A DNA stretch of 64,000 nucleotides from an uncultured Acidobacteriota bacterium (GCA_963741955.1 CAVUKB010000007.1:640001-704000), one strand, 5' to 3'; shown: positions 9,122 to 19,980, counted from the first letter of the stretch. Numbers and translations: made by a program. The notes: generated by a model not told the origin, from the letters alone.

Positions 9122-10228
9122 ATGAAACTGACGAAGTTTTTCCCCCTTCTTCTCATCATTGCGTTGGGGCTCGTGGCCGGTTGTCAGAAAGAGCGCAGCG
9201 TGGCCGGCCCGATCGGATCGTCGAGCATTCAGGGATCGGTGGTCCTCGAGTCGGATCTGGTGGGACGCAACCCGGCCGGAATCGAAGTTCGCGTGCGTGG
9301 AACCGGACTGCGAACCCAGACCGACGCCGCGGGGCATTTCCAGCTCTTCGGCGCTCCGGAAGGAAGCATCGAGCTCGGTTTCTCGCGATCCGACGGAATC
9401 TCCGCCGTTCTTCAGACCAGCGGCGTCGCAGCACAGAGTCTCGTGGTCGGCCTCAGCTCGAACAGTGCGCATTCACGCCGTCGCGGAGTGGGGCATCCGG
9501 GAGTGGAGATCGAGGGAGTGGTGACCGCGGTCGCCGCGGATTCGATCTCCGTCACGACTGAAGGCCATGGTGACTACGACGTCGCAGTCAACGAGGACAC
9601 CATCGTACGCAAGGGAAATCAGATCCTCACCATCGCGGACGTCAAGGTCGGCGATCGCGTACACGTGAAAGCGCGACAGGAAGAAGACAAGAGCCTCACC
9701 GCGGTCGAGATCAAACTCCAGGGCGGCGAGTCGCAAGCCAGGACGGAGCTCGCCGGGACGATCAGTGTGCTCGGCGACGGCGAGTTCACGCTCACGGATG
9801 CGGGCGGAACGGATTGGACCATTCAGGTGACCGACTCCACCGAGATCCGCGACCGGAACAACTCCCTCACGGTTGCCGATCTTCAGGTCGGCTGGAACGT
9901 GAAAGTCCTCGGGACGAAGGTGGACGACACCACTGTCTCGGCGATCCGGATTCAGGTCGAGCACGACGGAAGCACCGAGACGAACGCCGATTTCGATGGG
10001 ACGATCACGTCGATCGATGCGTCGAGCTTCGTCCTCCACACCGAAGAAGGGATGGACGTCACGGTCGATGTCGATTCGAACACCGTCATCCGTGAAAAGA
10101 ACCAGCTCCTCGCGTTCTCCGATCTCGCGGTGGGAGACGAGGTCTCGGTAGAAGGGGTCGACGAAGGTGGCGGCGCGGTTCTGGCGACGCGCATCCAGAG
10201 ATCGCCGTCGAACAACGGCCATCATTGA
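9122..10228 (+). CDS. Lipoprotein with a carboxypeptidase-regulatory-like domain and three DUF5666-type repeats
   Basis: Lipobox LVAGC; TDAAGHF; three repeats of G.I/V....T.I......L..DL.VGD.V.V.G......A..I. Confidence 0.8.
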   Translation: MKLTKFFPLLLIIALGLVAGCQKERSVAGPIGSSSIQGSVVLESDLVGRNPAGIEVRVRGTGLRTQTDAAGHFQLFGAPEGSIELGFSRSDGISAVLQTSGVAAQSLVVGLSSNSAHSRRRGVGHPGVEIEGVVTAVAADSISVTTEGHGDYDVAVNEDTIVRKGNQILTIADVKVGDRVHVKARQEEDKSLTAVEIKLQGGESQARTELAGTISVLGDGEFTLTDAGGTDWTIQVTDSTEIRDRNNSLTVADLQVGWNVKVLGTKVDDTTVSAIRIQVEHDGSTETNADFDGTITSIDASSFVLHTEEGMDVTVDVDSNTVIREKNQLLAFSDLAVGDEVSVEGVDEGGGAVLATRIQRSPSNNGHH

Positions 10229-10310
10229 TCGAACGACTACAGATTGTCTGCTCTGTCTCGGACGGGCGCGCGGGGAAGTGACGAGAAGGACTACGATCCA
10301 GAGCAGCAGA

Positions 10311-10343
10311 GAGGGGCGCGGAAACGCGCCCCTCATTTTTTTT
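10311..10343 (+). terminator. Rho-independent terminator
   Basis: GAGGGGCGCG-GAAA-CGCGCCCCTC followed by A and a T run. Confidence 0.9.
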
Positions 10344-10350
10344 GGCCTAG

Positions 10351-10509
10351 GAGTCTGCGCGATAGAAACGGTCCTACTGCGAAAGCGGATCAGCGGTCCA
10401 AATCCGTCCGGATTTTCGGCGAGTAGCCACCGCTACGCACCTCAAATCCGAACGAATTTGGCCTCGCCGCTCCGCTTTCTCGCTACGAACGTTTCTACCG
10501 CGCAGACTC
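10351..10509. mobile_element. MITE family A, 159 bp
   Basis: Terminal inverted repeats match the IS1182 end; CTAG on both sides (10347-10350 and 10510-10513). Confidence 0.92.
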
Positions 10510-10551
10510 CTAGGCGACGGAATCCGGCTCAGCTTGCGATAATGTCGGACC

Positions 10552-11802
10552 ATGTCTTCACTTCGAGACGTTCCCGGTTCGGCATGGAAGGCACTCTTCG
10601 CAGCCCAGCTCGGCTGGATGCTCGACTCGATGGACTTCCTTCTGTTCATCTTCGCCCTCAAGGCGGTCCAGAAGGAGTTCGGGCTGTCGGGCGGTGCGAT
10701 GGGGATCCTCACTTCCGTCGCCCTGGTGGCGGGAGCAGTCGGAGGAATCGCGTTCGGCCGGCTCGCTGACCGCATCGGCCGCGTCCGCGCGATGTCATTC
10801 AGCATCGTTCTCTACTCGCTGGCCACCGCGGCTCTCGCGACGTCACATTCGCTCACCGAGTTCATCCTCTGGCGGACGCTGGTCGGCCTCGGAATGGGAG
10901 GGGAGTGGTCGAGTGGGTCGGTTCTGGTCGCCGAGACGTGGCCGGCGGAACACCGGGCGAAGGCAATCGGTCTGATGCAGGCCGGATGGGCGATCGGCGC
11001 ACTCGCTGCGGCCGGACTCACCGCACTCCTCCTCGAGCCGTTCGGTTGGCGGGTTCTCTTCCTGGTCGGAGCGCTTCCCGCGGTCATTGCACTGATCATC
11101 CGGCGCACGGTGAAGGAACCGGAGATCTGGAGAGAGCAGCGAAAGCAGCCGCCGAGCGGCTCCGTATTCGCGAAGATGTTCCGGCCGCCGCTCTTGAGGC
11201 GTACCGTTCTCGCCTCCCTCACCGCGAGCTCGGTGCTGATCGCGTACTGGGGGATCATGTCGTGGCTTCCCGCATTTCTCGCCACGCCGGTGAAGGAAGG
11301 GGGAGCGGGGTTGAGTATGACCGGTTCGGCGGAGTGGATGATTGCCGTGCAGGTTGGGGCATTCTTCGGCTACGTGACCTTCGGTCTCCTTGCGGACAAG
11401 CTCGGGCGCCGTCCGGCGTTCACCCTCTTCATGGTCGGCGCGGCGATCACCGTCCCGATCTACTCGAACGCGGCGACGTTCGCGACCGTGCTGATCCTCG
11501 TCGGGCCGCTGGTCGGCTACTTCGCCCACGGCTACTTCTCTCTCTTCGGAGCGTATCTCGCGGAGCTCTACCCCACCGCGATCCGGGCCACCGCGCAGGG
11601 CTTCTGCTACAACATCGGGCGCCTCGCGTCGGCGGCTGCCCCGTTCGCGATCGGGCTCGCGGCGGACCGCAACGGACTCGGCGCGGCGCTCGCGATCACA
11701 TCCGGGTTCTTCCTCGTCGCGGTGATCTTCATCTGGATGCTTCCCGAGACGCGGGGGTCCGAGCTCGCGACGATCACCGCCGGAGGTGTGGCCGATGCGT
11801 GA
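10552..11802 (+). CDS. MFS transporter
   Basis: About 12 hydrophobic segments; GRLADRIGR and ADKLGRR MFS motifs; ELYPTAIRATAQG. Confidence 0.93.
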   Translation: MSSLRDVPGSAWKALFAAQLGWMLDSMDFLLFIFALKAVQKEFGLSGGAMGILTSVALVAGAVGGIAFGRLADRIGRVRAMSFSIVLYSLATAALATSHSLTEFILWRTLVGLGMGGEWSSGSVLVAETWPAEHRAKAIGLMQAGWAIGALAAAGLTALLLEPFGWRVLFLVGALPAVIALIIRRTVKEPEIWREQRKQPPSGSVFAKMFRPPLLRRTVLASLTASSVLIAYWGIMSWLPAFLATPVKEGGAGLSMTGSAEWMIAVQVGAFFGYVTFGLLADKLGRRPAFTLFMVGAAITVPIYSNAATFATVLILVGPLVGYFAHGYFSLFGAYLAELYPTAIRATAQGFCYNIGRLASAAAPFAIGLAADRNGLGAALAITSGFFLVAVIFIWMLPETRGSELATITAGGVADA

Positions 11803-12568
11803 GATCGAGCTTAGCTGTGATCTCGGTGAGGCGACGGATGATGAGGCCGTTCGCACCGAGGAAGCGATCTGGCCGCTGATCGGTGCGGCAAACGTGGCGT
11901 GCGGAGGGCACGTCGGCGACCGCGCTTCGATGTCCCGCGCCGTCTCGATGGCGCGGCAGTTCGGCGTGGTGCTCGGCGCGCATCCTTCCTACCCCGATCC
12001 CGCGAACTTCGGCCGCGTCTCGATGAAGATCCCGGAGGGAGCGCTGGTCGAGAGTCTCGTCCGTCAGATCTGCGCACTCGCCGCGATCGCTTCCGAAGCG
12101 GGCGTACCGCTGCGGCGCATCAAGGCCCACGGCGCGCTGTACAACGATGCGCATCGGGACGCGAAGCTCGCAGGTTGCGTCGCGCGCTCGGCGGTGGCGG
12201 TCGACCCCGCCCTTCTCCTGGTCGGGCCGGCGGGCTCGGCGTTGGAAAAGGCCGCTGCGGGGGCAGGCCTACAGTTTGTACGGGAAGCGTTCGGCGATCG
12301 CCGTTACACCTCGTCGGGAACCCTTGTGCCGCGATCGAGGGAAGATTCGCTGCTGCTCGATCTCGACCAGGCTGCCGGTCAGGTCGTCTCGCTCGCGAGA
12401 GCGGGACAGGTGACCTCCGTGGATGGAGTGTCGGTCGCAGTTGCGTTCGACACCGTGTGCGTTCACGGCGACATGCCCGGCGCGGTGGAACGGATCCGTA
12501 CCATCCGTGCCTCTCTCCGGGAGGGAGGGTTCAATCTCGGCGCGGTGACTCAGGAACCGGATCGGTAG
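11795..12568 (+). CDS. pxpA: 5-oxoprolinase subunit A (LamB/YcsF family)
   Basis: CDLGE, ANVACGGHVGD, GAHPSYPD, KAHGALYN and TVCVHGD. Confidence 0.9.
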   Translation: MREIELSCDLGEATDDEAVRTEEAIWPLIGAANVACGGHVGDRASMSRAVSMARQFGVVLGAHPSYPDPANFGRVSMKIPEGALVESLVRQICALAAIASEAGVPLRRIKAHGALYNDAHRDAKLAGCVARSAVAVDPALLLVGPAGSALEKAAAGAGLQFVREAFGDRRYTSSGTLVPRSREDSLLLDLDQAAGQVVSLARAGQVTSVDGVSVAVAFDTVCVHGDMPGAVERIRTIRASLREGGFNLGAVTQEPDR

Positions 12569-13503
12569 CTCTCCAGCGTCTCCCGGATCGCCTCTTCGAC
12601 GGGCGTGTAGTCGAACGACGGCACGAGGCGCCGGAGCTTCGCGTCATCGAGCACCACGCTGTCGTCGAAGAGATAGCGAAGCTCGAAGAGCTCGCGCACC
12701 ACGGGATTGAAGAGCGCCACCAGACGAAGCATGCTCCATGGCGTGCGCCGGACAGCGAGGTTCGGCCTCCCCGCGACCGAGGCGACGGTGCGGAGGAATG
12801 CACGCTGCCGATCGGTGTAGCCGCCGACGTTGACGATCTCGAACGGCTCGAGCGATGCGGCGATGTCGAGGAGATCGGCCGCCGCGCTCGCAACGTCCGG
12901 CACGTACACCCACTGATGCAACGCGTCGCCATTGCCGAGGTAGCGAATCGATTTGCCGCGCGCTGCGTTGCCGAAGATCGGATCGACCAGTCCGTGTCTT
13001 ACGGTGGGGCCGAAGTAGTCGCCGGCACGGACCACGACGGCTCGGATCTCTTCACCGAGCGTGGCGGCCTGCAGGCGCTGCTCGAGGGTGACGCGGAGAC
13101 GTCCTTTTCTCGAATCGGGGCGATTCGGCGTCTCCTCGTCGAGAGGATGGCCCGTCTGCGATCCGAGTCCGTAGACGTTTCCCGGGAAGATGACGGTCTC
13201 GACGTGCCGTCCCGCGGCGATCACATTCTCCGTCGCACGGATCATGGTCGGATCCCACTGGTGATACGGGACGTTGATCGCGTGGACGATCGCCGCGCAG
13301 CCGCGGGCGACCTCATCGAGCCGGTCGCGGTCGAGCACGTCTCCAGAGACGAAATCGACGCCGTTTCCCCCGAAGTGCGACCGGGCGCGAGCGAGATCTC
13401 GCGCGATGGCGCGGACGGGCCGCCCGCGGCGGAGCAACTCTCGTGTGATCGCACCGCCGAAGCTCCCGGTCGCGCCGAGAACGAGGATCGGCTTCGTTTC
13501 CAT
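12550..13503 (-). CDS. NAD-dependent epimerase/dehydratase family protein
   Basis: VLGATGSFG Rossmann motif; PGNVYGLG; RAGDYFGP. Confidence 0.9.
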   Translation of the reverse strand: METKPILVLGATGSFGGAITRELLRRGRPVRAIARDLARARSHFGGNGVDFVSGDVLDRDRLDEVARGCAAIVHAINVPYHQWDPTMIRATENVIAAGRHVETVIFPGNVYGLGSQTGHPLDEETPNRPDSRKGRLRVTLEQRLQAATLGEEIRAVVVRAGDYFGPTVRHGLVDPIFGNAARGKSIRYLGNGDALHQWVYVPDVASAAADLLDIAASLEPFEIVNVGGYTDRQRAFLRTVASVAGRPNLAVRRTPWSMLRLVALFNPVVRELFELRYLFDDSVVLDDAKLRRLVPSFDYTPVEEAIRETLESYRSGS

Positions 13504-13711
13504 GACGACCTCCTGATCCGGGCATTGGTTTCCTGCCGTCCATTCTCTTTCCGGAACATCGATGCGGCAAGCCGTGCCCTCGCGCCACGGGCGTCTGATG
13601 TTCCCTGCACCTTTCCGCGACCGCCGATTTCCAATATGGTTCGGGAGTCGAGCTCCGTCTGCCGCACGATCGCGACACGACGTTCGACGGCAGCAGACGG
13701 AAGGAGCCGGA

Positions 13712-14887
13712 ATGTACGACTTTGCGATCGTCGGCGGCGGAATCGTCGGGCTGGCAACTGCATTTCACCTCTCGAAACGATTCCCTGAATCGAAGCTGGT
13801 GGTTCTCGAGAAGGAACCGCGGTGGGCGGCGCATCAGACCGGTCACAACAGCGGCGTCATCCACAGCGGCATCTACTACAAGCCGGGGAGCCTCAAGGCA
13901 CGTCTCGCGACCGACGGAAACCGCTCGATGGTGGAGTTCTGCCGCCAGGAAGGAATCCCGCACGAGGTGTGCGGAAAGCTGATCGTCGCGACCGCTGAGG
14001 ACGAGCTCCCGCGGCTGGAGGCTCTCTTCCGGCGCGGCGGCGAGAACGGACTCCACGTGCGGCGCCTGACCGGAAGCGAGGCGGAGAAGATCGAACCGCA
14101 CGTGCGCTGCCTCGAAGCGCTCCACGTTCCCTCCACCGGGATCGTCGACTTCAGTGCCGTCTGTGACCGTCTCGCGGAGCGACTGGCGGCGCAGGGCACG
14201 GACCTGCGACTCTCCACCGCCGTCACCTCCATCCGACACGACGGAGTGCATCACCTGCAGACCGCCGGAGGAGAGATCCAGGCCGACTACCTGATCGGAT
14301 GCGCCGGCCTGCAGAGCGACCGTTTCGCGCAACTCGACGGCGTCGATCCCGGCGCGAAGATCGTTCCGTTCCGCGGCGAGTACTACGAGCTTCTCCCGGA
14401 GAGGCGCAATCTCGTACGCGGCCTGATCTATCCCGTTCCCGATCCCGCGTTCCCGTTCCTCGGCGTCCACTTCACCCGAATGATCGACGGGAGCGTCCAC
14501 GCCGGACCGAACGCCGTCCTCGCTTTCCAGCGCGAGGGATACCGGAAGCGCGACATCTCACTGCGCGACAGCTGGGACACGCTCACGTTCGCCGGCTTCT
14601 GGAAGCTGGCGGCGAAGTACTGGAAGTACGGGATGGACGAGATGGTCCGCTCGTTCAGTAAAGGAGCGTTCGTCCGATCCCTGCAGAAGATGATTCCGGA
14701 GATCGGGCGGGATGATCTCGTCCCCGCCGGATCGGGAGTCAGAGCGCAGGCGCTCCGTCCCGACGGCGCCCTCGTGGACGACTTTCTCCTCGTCCGCGGC
14801 GAGAGATCGCTCCACGTATGCAACGCCCCTTCCCCCGCCGCGACCGCTTCGCTCGAGATCGGACGGACGATTGTCGAAAGCATCTGA
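13712..14887 (+). CDS. lhgO: L-2-hydroxyglutarate oxidase
   Basis: GGGIVGLA, HQTGHNSGVIHSGIYYKPGSLKA, FPFLGVHFT and NAPSPAAT; AAGGAG RBS before the ATG at 13712. Confidence 0.95.
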   Translation: MYDFAIVGGGIVGLATAFHLSKRFPESKLVVLEKEPRWAAHQTGHNSGVIHSGIYYKPGSLKARLATDGNRSMVEFCRQEGIPHEVCGKLIVATAEDELPRLEALFRRGGENGLHVRRLTGSEAEKIEPHVRCLEALHVPSTGIVDFSAVCDRLAERLAAQGTDLRLSTAVTSIRHDGVHHLQTAGGEIQADYLIGCAGLQSDRFAQLDGVDPGAKIVPFRGEYYELLPERRNLVRGLIYPVPDPAFPFLGVHFTRMIDGSVHAGPNAVLAFQREGYRKRDISLRDSWDTLTFAGFWKLAAKYWKYGMDEMVRSFSKGAFVRSLQKMIPEIGRDDLVPAGSGVRAQALRPDGALVDDFLLVRGERSLHVCNAPSPAATASLEIGRTIVESI

Positions 14888-14910
14888 AAGGCATCGAGAA
14901 AGGCATCTAG

Positions 14911-16501
14911 GAGTCTGCGCGGTAGGACGAAACTTCGGCGCTTCCTGAAGATCTCGGAAGACGTCCACTCGCGAGCGGCACAACCGCGGCACCGAAGCGC
15001 CTTCAGGTTGATGGTGCCGTTCTCGGGGAGTTGGCAGCGCGAAACACTTGTTCGGCGGGACTTTTCGGGGGTTGGATACTGCTCTGCCGCGGCTATTCGA
15101 GCGCAACCAGAGCGCTCATTCGCTTTAGATTGATCACCAGGCACACCAGAGCCCATTCGCCGGCAACTTTGCGCATCCCGCGGAGACTGAATCGTCGAAA
15201 GCCGAGAACGTTTTTGACCCAGCCAAACACCGGTTCAACGATTGCCTTTCGCCGGCGATAGACCGCCTTGCCTGGAGGTGAGTCCAACTTCTGCTTCATC
15301 CGCAGAGTCGCGGGGAGCGTCGTCTCAGCTGCGGCTTCTTTACCTTCTCGTCCGAGAGAAACATAGGCATCGATCTTCTTCTGCTCCAACTCGATGAACG
15401 AGGTTTCCGATCTGTAGCCGGCGTCTGCAACAACCTGGTCGGGAGTTGTTTCGCAATTCTGTTCGACCACCTCGACCAAAGGCAGGAGTGATCCGCTGTC
15501 CGCCGCAGATTGTGTGATCTCGAATCCAACGATGAGTTGGTTATAGGCATCAACTGCGATCTGCGCGTTGTAGCACTGCTGAAATCCTTCCTGGGACTTC
15601 ATGATTCGGCTCTCGGAATCGGTGAAGTTTTCTTGCGCTTTGTCATCAGGTACGCCGAACTTCCGTTTGAATGGCTTACCCTTCTTCCTGGCCGGATCAT
15701 CGTCGCCTTCGGAGCGACCATCCTTCGTGTCCTGTTCCCGCTGCCGTTGTTCGAGTCGCTCTCGTGCCTCTTTGATTTTTTGGATACGAGTCTCCCGGCG
15801 CTGGAGCTCTTCGGGCAACTCATCCCCGCGTCGATCAACTCCGTACTCGGCATCCTCCCGGGCATCCTCCTCCGCCGCGGTGGCCAAAATGTCCGCGATC
15901 TCCTTCTCGAGTTTTGCTTGTTCCTTCTTCATCCGATCGTAGCTCATCGCCTTGTGCTTGCTGGCATTCGCTCGGACCTTCGACCCGTCGATTGCAATCC
16001 TCCCGAGCGTAACTAACCCTGTTTCCTGGGCGGTCCGAATGATCTGGACCAGTAAGGAGCTGAACGCGTCCACATGCTCGAGCCGAAAGTCGCAGATGGT
16101 TCGATGCGACGGAAAGTTCCCGGCCGCAAGATACCGGACGGCGACATCTTCATCGATCCGCCGGGCAATCTTGCGCGAGGAGAACGTTCCCGTCAGGTAC
16201 GAATAGATGATCAACTTGAGCATCATCCTTGGCTCGTACGGCTGCTTCCGTCTCCCGTCGCCTTTGTACGGCTCGTAGAATGCACTCAGATCGAGCTGAT
16301 CGACGATGTCGAAAACGAAGTGCGCCAAGTGACCCTCAGGGAGCCAGTCATATGGCGAGGGCGGAAGCAGCAGCGACTGCTCCGGTCGGTATGGCCTATA
16401 CGTGGTCGGCATGACCCAATCTTACCATATTATTGTTATTACTAATCATACCCTTTTATCATGTTCCTTTGCCGTGCACCGGTTTTCTACCGCGCAGACT
16501 C
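14911..16501 (-). mobile_element. IS1182-family insertion sequence, copy 1 (1591 bp)
   Basis: Terminal inverted repeats GAGTCTGCGCGGTAG; CTAG at 14907-14910 and 16502-16505. Confidence 0.93.
15093..16412 (-). CDS. IS1182-family transposase
   Basis: PYEPRMMLK..YSY..GTFSSRKI, IDGSKVRANAS, NFTDSESRIMK, YNAQ, ADAGY and VEPVFG. Confidence 0.95.
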   Translation of the reverse strand: MPTTYRPYRPEQSLLLPPSPYDWLPEGHLAHFVFDIVDQLDLSAFYEPYKGDGRRKQPYEPRMMLKLIIYSYLTGTFSSRKIARRIDEDVAVRYLAAGNFPSHRTICDFRLEHVDAFSSLLVQIIRTAQETGLVTLGRIAIDGSKVRANASKHKAMSYDRMKKEQAKLEKEIADILATAAEEDAREDAEYGVDRRGDELPEELQRRETRIQKIKEARERLEQRQREQDTKDGRSEGDDDPARKKGKPFKRKFGVPDDKAQENFTDSESRIMKSQEGFQQCYNAQIAVDAYNQLIVGFEITQSAADSGSLLPLVEVVEQNCETTPDQVVADAGYRSETSFIELEQKKIDAYVSLGREGKEAAAETTLPATLRMKQKLDSPPGKAVYRRRKAIVEPVFGWVKNVLGFRRFSLRGMRKVAGEWALVCLVINLKRMSALVALE

Positions 16502-16505
16502 CTAG

Positions 16506-18222
16506 CCCGCATTTCTCACAAGACTCTTTTGGGGGAGTTCAACCGGAGCTGAAGGGGGCGTTCAGCGTAGATTTTGCCGGAATGGGGAGAGTTGGAGTCG
16601 AACAAGGCTGAAGTTATTTGACTGGGCGCTGGTTCCGGAGGGCGGCGGAGGTTCGGGCAGTATCGTGCAGCCAACGCTCAGACACACGTTTCCTCTGGTT
16701 CAGAGTTGAACAGACGTGGTTGCGGGAAGATGAGTTGAGGAACGATCCGCCTTCAGGGAGAGGCAAGAGCTAAGTTGCTGCAGACCAGCGCGAACAGCTT
16801 CGTCATCGGATACCCACTCGAGAGTGAGATCCATATCTTGCGCGTGGTCACGCGGATCCGTGCTCCGATCTTGAACAGCTTCAGCCGAATTGTGTTGCAC
16901 TGAGCGGTGGCCAGCTCGGTTCCTTTCAGTCCCAGCCGCCGCAACGCATTCATCAGCAGATAGGCCGCCGAAGAAAACCAGAGCCGCAACTGATTTGCTC
17001 TCATCGTTGCCGCCGAGGTCCGATCCGAAAACAGAAAACATTTCTGTTCCTTGATTCGGTTCTCCATCTCTCCGCGCTCACAGTAGAGCTCTTCGTACAG
17101 CGGCTTCACCGCCATCGCCTCCACCGGGAGCGACGTTACGACGAACCTGCCGTTGGCTTTGTCCACCAGGTACTCGGCTTTCGCCACCACACGACGGGAC
17201 CGGCTCCAGCTCTTGCGAGTCCGGTAGTTCAGATCCTTGTAGGTGCGGCACGCCTCGGAGAGATGTTGCGACTCGGCTCGTACCAGAGCCATCTCCGCCT
17301 CGATCATCGCCTCGAGGCGCCGGTTCTTGGGCAGACCGATCGCGTAATCGATCCCTTCGGACTCGCACCAGCTCAGGATCTCGTCGCAGCAGAATCCCGA
17401 ATCAGCACGAATCACGATCTTCACATCCGGCCAGCTCTCACGGATCTGCCCAATGATCCGCCTGAGTTCCTCGACCGTTCCCTCGGCAGGTCCGACGCTC
17501 GCCTCTCGCAGACGTGCGCAGAGCAGATCCTGTCCACAGAACACGTAGAGTGGCAGATAGCAGTACGACCCGTAGTGGCCGTGGAAAAATCGCCCCTCCT
17601 GATTCCCATGGATTCTGTCCTCGGTCGTGTCCAGATCAATCACGATCTGATCCGGAGGAGTCGACCTGGATTTTAAGAACACGTCGACGAAGAATTTATC
17701 AATCGCGTTTCCGTCATAGACGATCCGCTTGTATCGATCCTCCCCGTGACCATCCGGGGTCAACTCCAACCGGTTCAGCGTACTCTTGCCCGCCAGCGGC
17801 TGCCTGGGATCCGATTTGCCCGATAAGGTCCCGATCAGCGGATCCTCACGCAGAGAATCGTGATCGTTCAGATCTTCATATCCGAGAGCCAATCCCATCA
17901 CCCGCTGCCGGATCATCGACTCGAGCGAGTGCTGAACCAAAGTGCGTTTTCGGTAATCCCGAAAGCATCCGACGAACCTTTCCAGAATCCTCGTCCGCCT
18001 TTCCGTCTCGAGCAGCAGGAGCCCTCCCCCGTCCGAAGTGAGCTGTCCACCGTCGAACCTGGCGACGATCTCACGCCCTCCCACCCCTTGGAATCGCAAC
18101 TCGTTCCCGCTACACTCTGTCTGCTTCATACCGCCGCCTCCCGTGCTGTTGATGTTGTTGTGCACACTCAACTTAATAGCACGGAACGGCGGTCTTTTTC
18201 TCCCTACTGTGAGAAATCCGGG
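16506..18222 (-). mobile_element. IS1380-family insertion sequence (1717 bp)
   Basis: Ends CCCGCATTTCTCACA / TGTGAGAAATCCGGG; CTAG at 16502-16505 and 18223-18226. Confidence 0.92.
16753..18129 (-). CDS. IS1380-family transposase
   Basis: FDGGQLTSDGG, GYEDLND, IDLD....HGNQEG, IRADSGF and RGEMENRIKE. Confidence 0.95.
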   Translation of the reverse strand: MKQTECSGNELRFQGVGGREIVARFDGGQLTSDGGGLLLLETERRTRILERFVGCFRDYRKRTLVQHSLESMIRQRVMGLALGYEDLNDHDSLREDPLIGTLSGKSDPRQPLAGKSTLNRLELTPDGHGEDRYKRIVYDGNAIDKFFVDVFLKSRSTPPDQIVIDLDTTEDRIHGNQEGRFFHGHYGSYCYLPLYVFCGQDLLCARLREASVGPAEGTVEELRRIIGQIRESWPDVKIVIRADSGFCCDEILSWCESEGIDYAIGLPKNRRLEAMIEAEMALVRAESQHLSEACRTYKDLNYRTRKSWSRSRRVVAKAEYLVDKANGRFVVTSLPVEAMAVKPLYEELYCERGEMENRIKEQKCFLFSDRTSAATMRANQLRLWFSSAAYLLMNALRRLGLKGTELATAQCNTIRLKLFKIGARIRVTTRKIWISLSSGYPMTKLFALVCSNLALASP

Positions 18223-18226
18223 CTAG

Positions 18227-19817
18227 GAGTCTGCGCGGTAGGACGTAAGTTCGGCGCTTCCTGATGATCTCGGGTGACGTCCGCTCGCGAGCGGCAGAAC
18301 CGGGCCATCGAAGCGCCTTGGGGTTGATGGAGCCGTTCTCGGGGAGGTGGCAGCGCGAAACACTTGCTCGGCGGGACTTTTCGGGGGTTGGATACTGCTC
18401 TGCCGGGGCTATTCGACCGCAACCAGAGCGCTCATTCGCTTCAGATTGATCACCAGGCACACCAGAGCCCATTCGCCGGCAACTTTGCGCGTCCCGCGGA
18501 GACTGAATCGTCGAAAGCCGAGAACGTTTTTGACCCAGCCAAACACCGGTTCAACGATTGCCTTTCGCCGGCGATAGACCGCCTTGCCTGCAGGTGAGTC
18601 CAACTTCTGCTTCATCCGCAGAGTCGCGGGGAGCGTCGTCTCAGCTGCGGTTTCTTTGCCTTCTCGTCCGAGAGAAACATACGCATCGATCTTCTTCTCC
18701 TCCAACTCGATGAACGAGCTTTCCGATTGTAACCGGTGTCGGCAACAACCTGGTCGGGGCTTGTTTCGCAATTCTGTTCGACCACCTCGACCAAAGGCAC
18801 GAGTGATCCGCTGTCCGCCGCAGATTGTGTGATCTCGAATCCGACGATGAGTTGGTTATCGGCATCGACTGCGATCTGCGCGTTGTAGCACTGCTGAAAT
18901 CCTTCCTGGGACTTCATGATTCGGCTCTCGGAATCGGTGAAGTTCTCTTGCGCTTTGTCCTCAGGTACGCCGAACTTCCGTTTGAATGGCTTACCCTTCT
19001 TCCTGGCCGGATCATCGTCGCCTTCGGAGCGACCAGCCTTCGTGTCCAGTTCCCGCTGTCGCTGTTCGAGTCGCTCTCGTGCATCTCTGATCTTTCGGAT
19101 GCGTGTTTCCCGGCGCTGGAGCTCTTCGGGCAACTCATCCCCGCGTCGATCAACCCCGTACTCGGCATCCTCCCGGGCATCCTCTTCCGCCGCTGTGGCC
19201 AAAATCTCCGCGATCTCCTTCTCGAGCTTCGCTTCTTCCTTCTTCATCCGATCGTAGCTCATCGCCTTGTGCTTGCTGGCATTCGCTCGCACCTTCGACC
19301 CGTCGATTGCGATCCTCCCGAGCGTAACTAACCCTGCCTCCTGAGCGGTCCGAATGATCTGGACCAGCAATGAGCTGAATGCGTCCACGTTTTCAAGCCG
19401 AAAGTCGCAGATGGTCCGATGCGATGGAAAGTTCCCGGCTGCAAGATACCGGACGGCGATATCTTCATCGATCCGCCGGGCAATCTTGCGCGAGGAGAAC
19501 GTTCCCGTCAGGTACGAATAGGTGATCAACTTGAGCATCATCCTCGGCTCGTAGGGCTGCTTCCGCCTGCCGTCGCCCTTGTACCGCTCGTAGAATGCAC
19601 TCAGATCAAGCTGATCGATCATGTCGGAAACGAAGTGCGCCAAGTGACCCTCAGGGAGCCACTCGTATGGCGAGGGCGGAAGCAGCAGCGACTGCTCCGG
19701 TCGGTATGGCCTATACGTGGTCGGCATGACCTAATCTTAACATATTATCGTTACTACTAACCATTCACCTTTTATCATGCCGATTTGCCGCGAACCGGGT
19801 TTCTACCGCGCAGACTC
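18227..19817 (-). mobile_element. IS1182-family insertion sequence, copy 2 (1591 bp, diverged from copy 1)
   Basis: Same terminal repeats; CTAG at 18223-18226 and 19818-19821. Confidence 0.92.
18409..19727 (-). pseudogene. Frameshifted IS1182 transposase
   Basis: 1-bp deletion near 18727 (TTCCGATTGT versus TTCCGATCTGT in copy 1) splits it into ORFs 18612-19727 and 18409-18771; a sequencing error is possible. Confidence 0.85.
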
Positions 19818-19821
19818 CTAG

Positions 19822-19980
19822 GAGTCTGCGCGGTAGAAACTGTCCTACTGCGAAAGCGGATCAACGGTCCAAATCCGCCCGGATTTTCGGCGAGTAGCCA
19901 CCGCTACGCACCTCAAATCCGAACGAATTTGGCCTCGCTGCTCCGCTTTCTCGCTACGGACGTTTCTACCGCGCAGACTC
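19822..19980. mobile_element. MITE family A, 159 bp, abutting IS1182 copy 2
   Basis: Near-identical to 10351-10509; CTAG on both sides. Confidence 0.92.
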
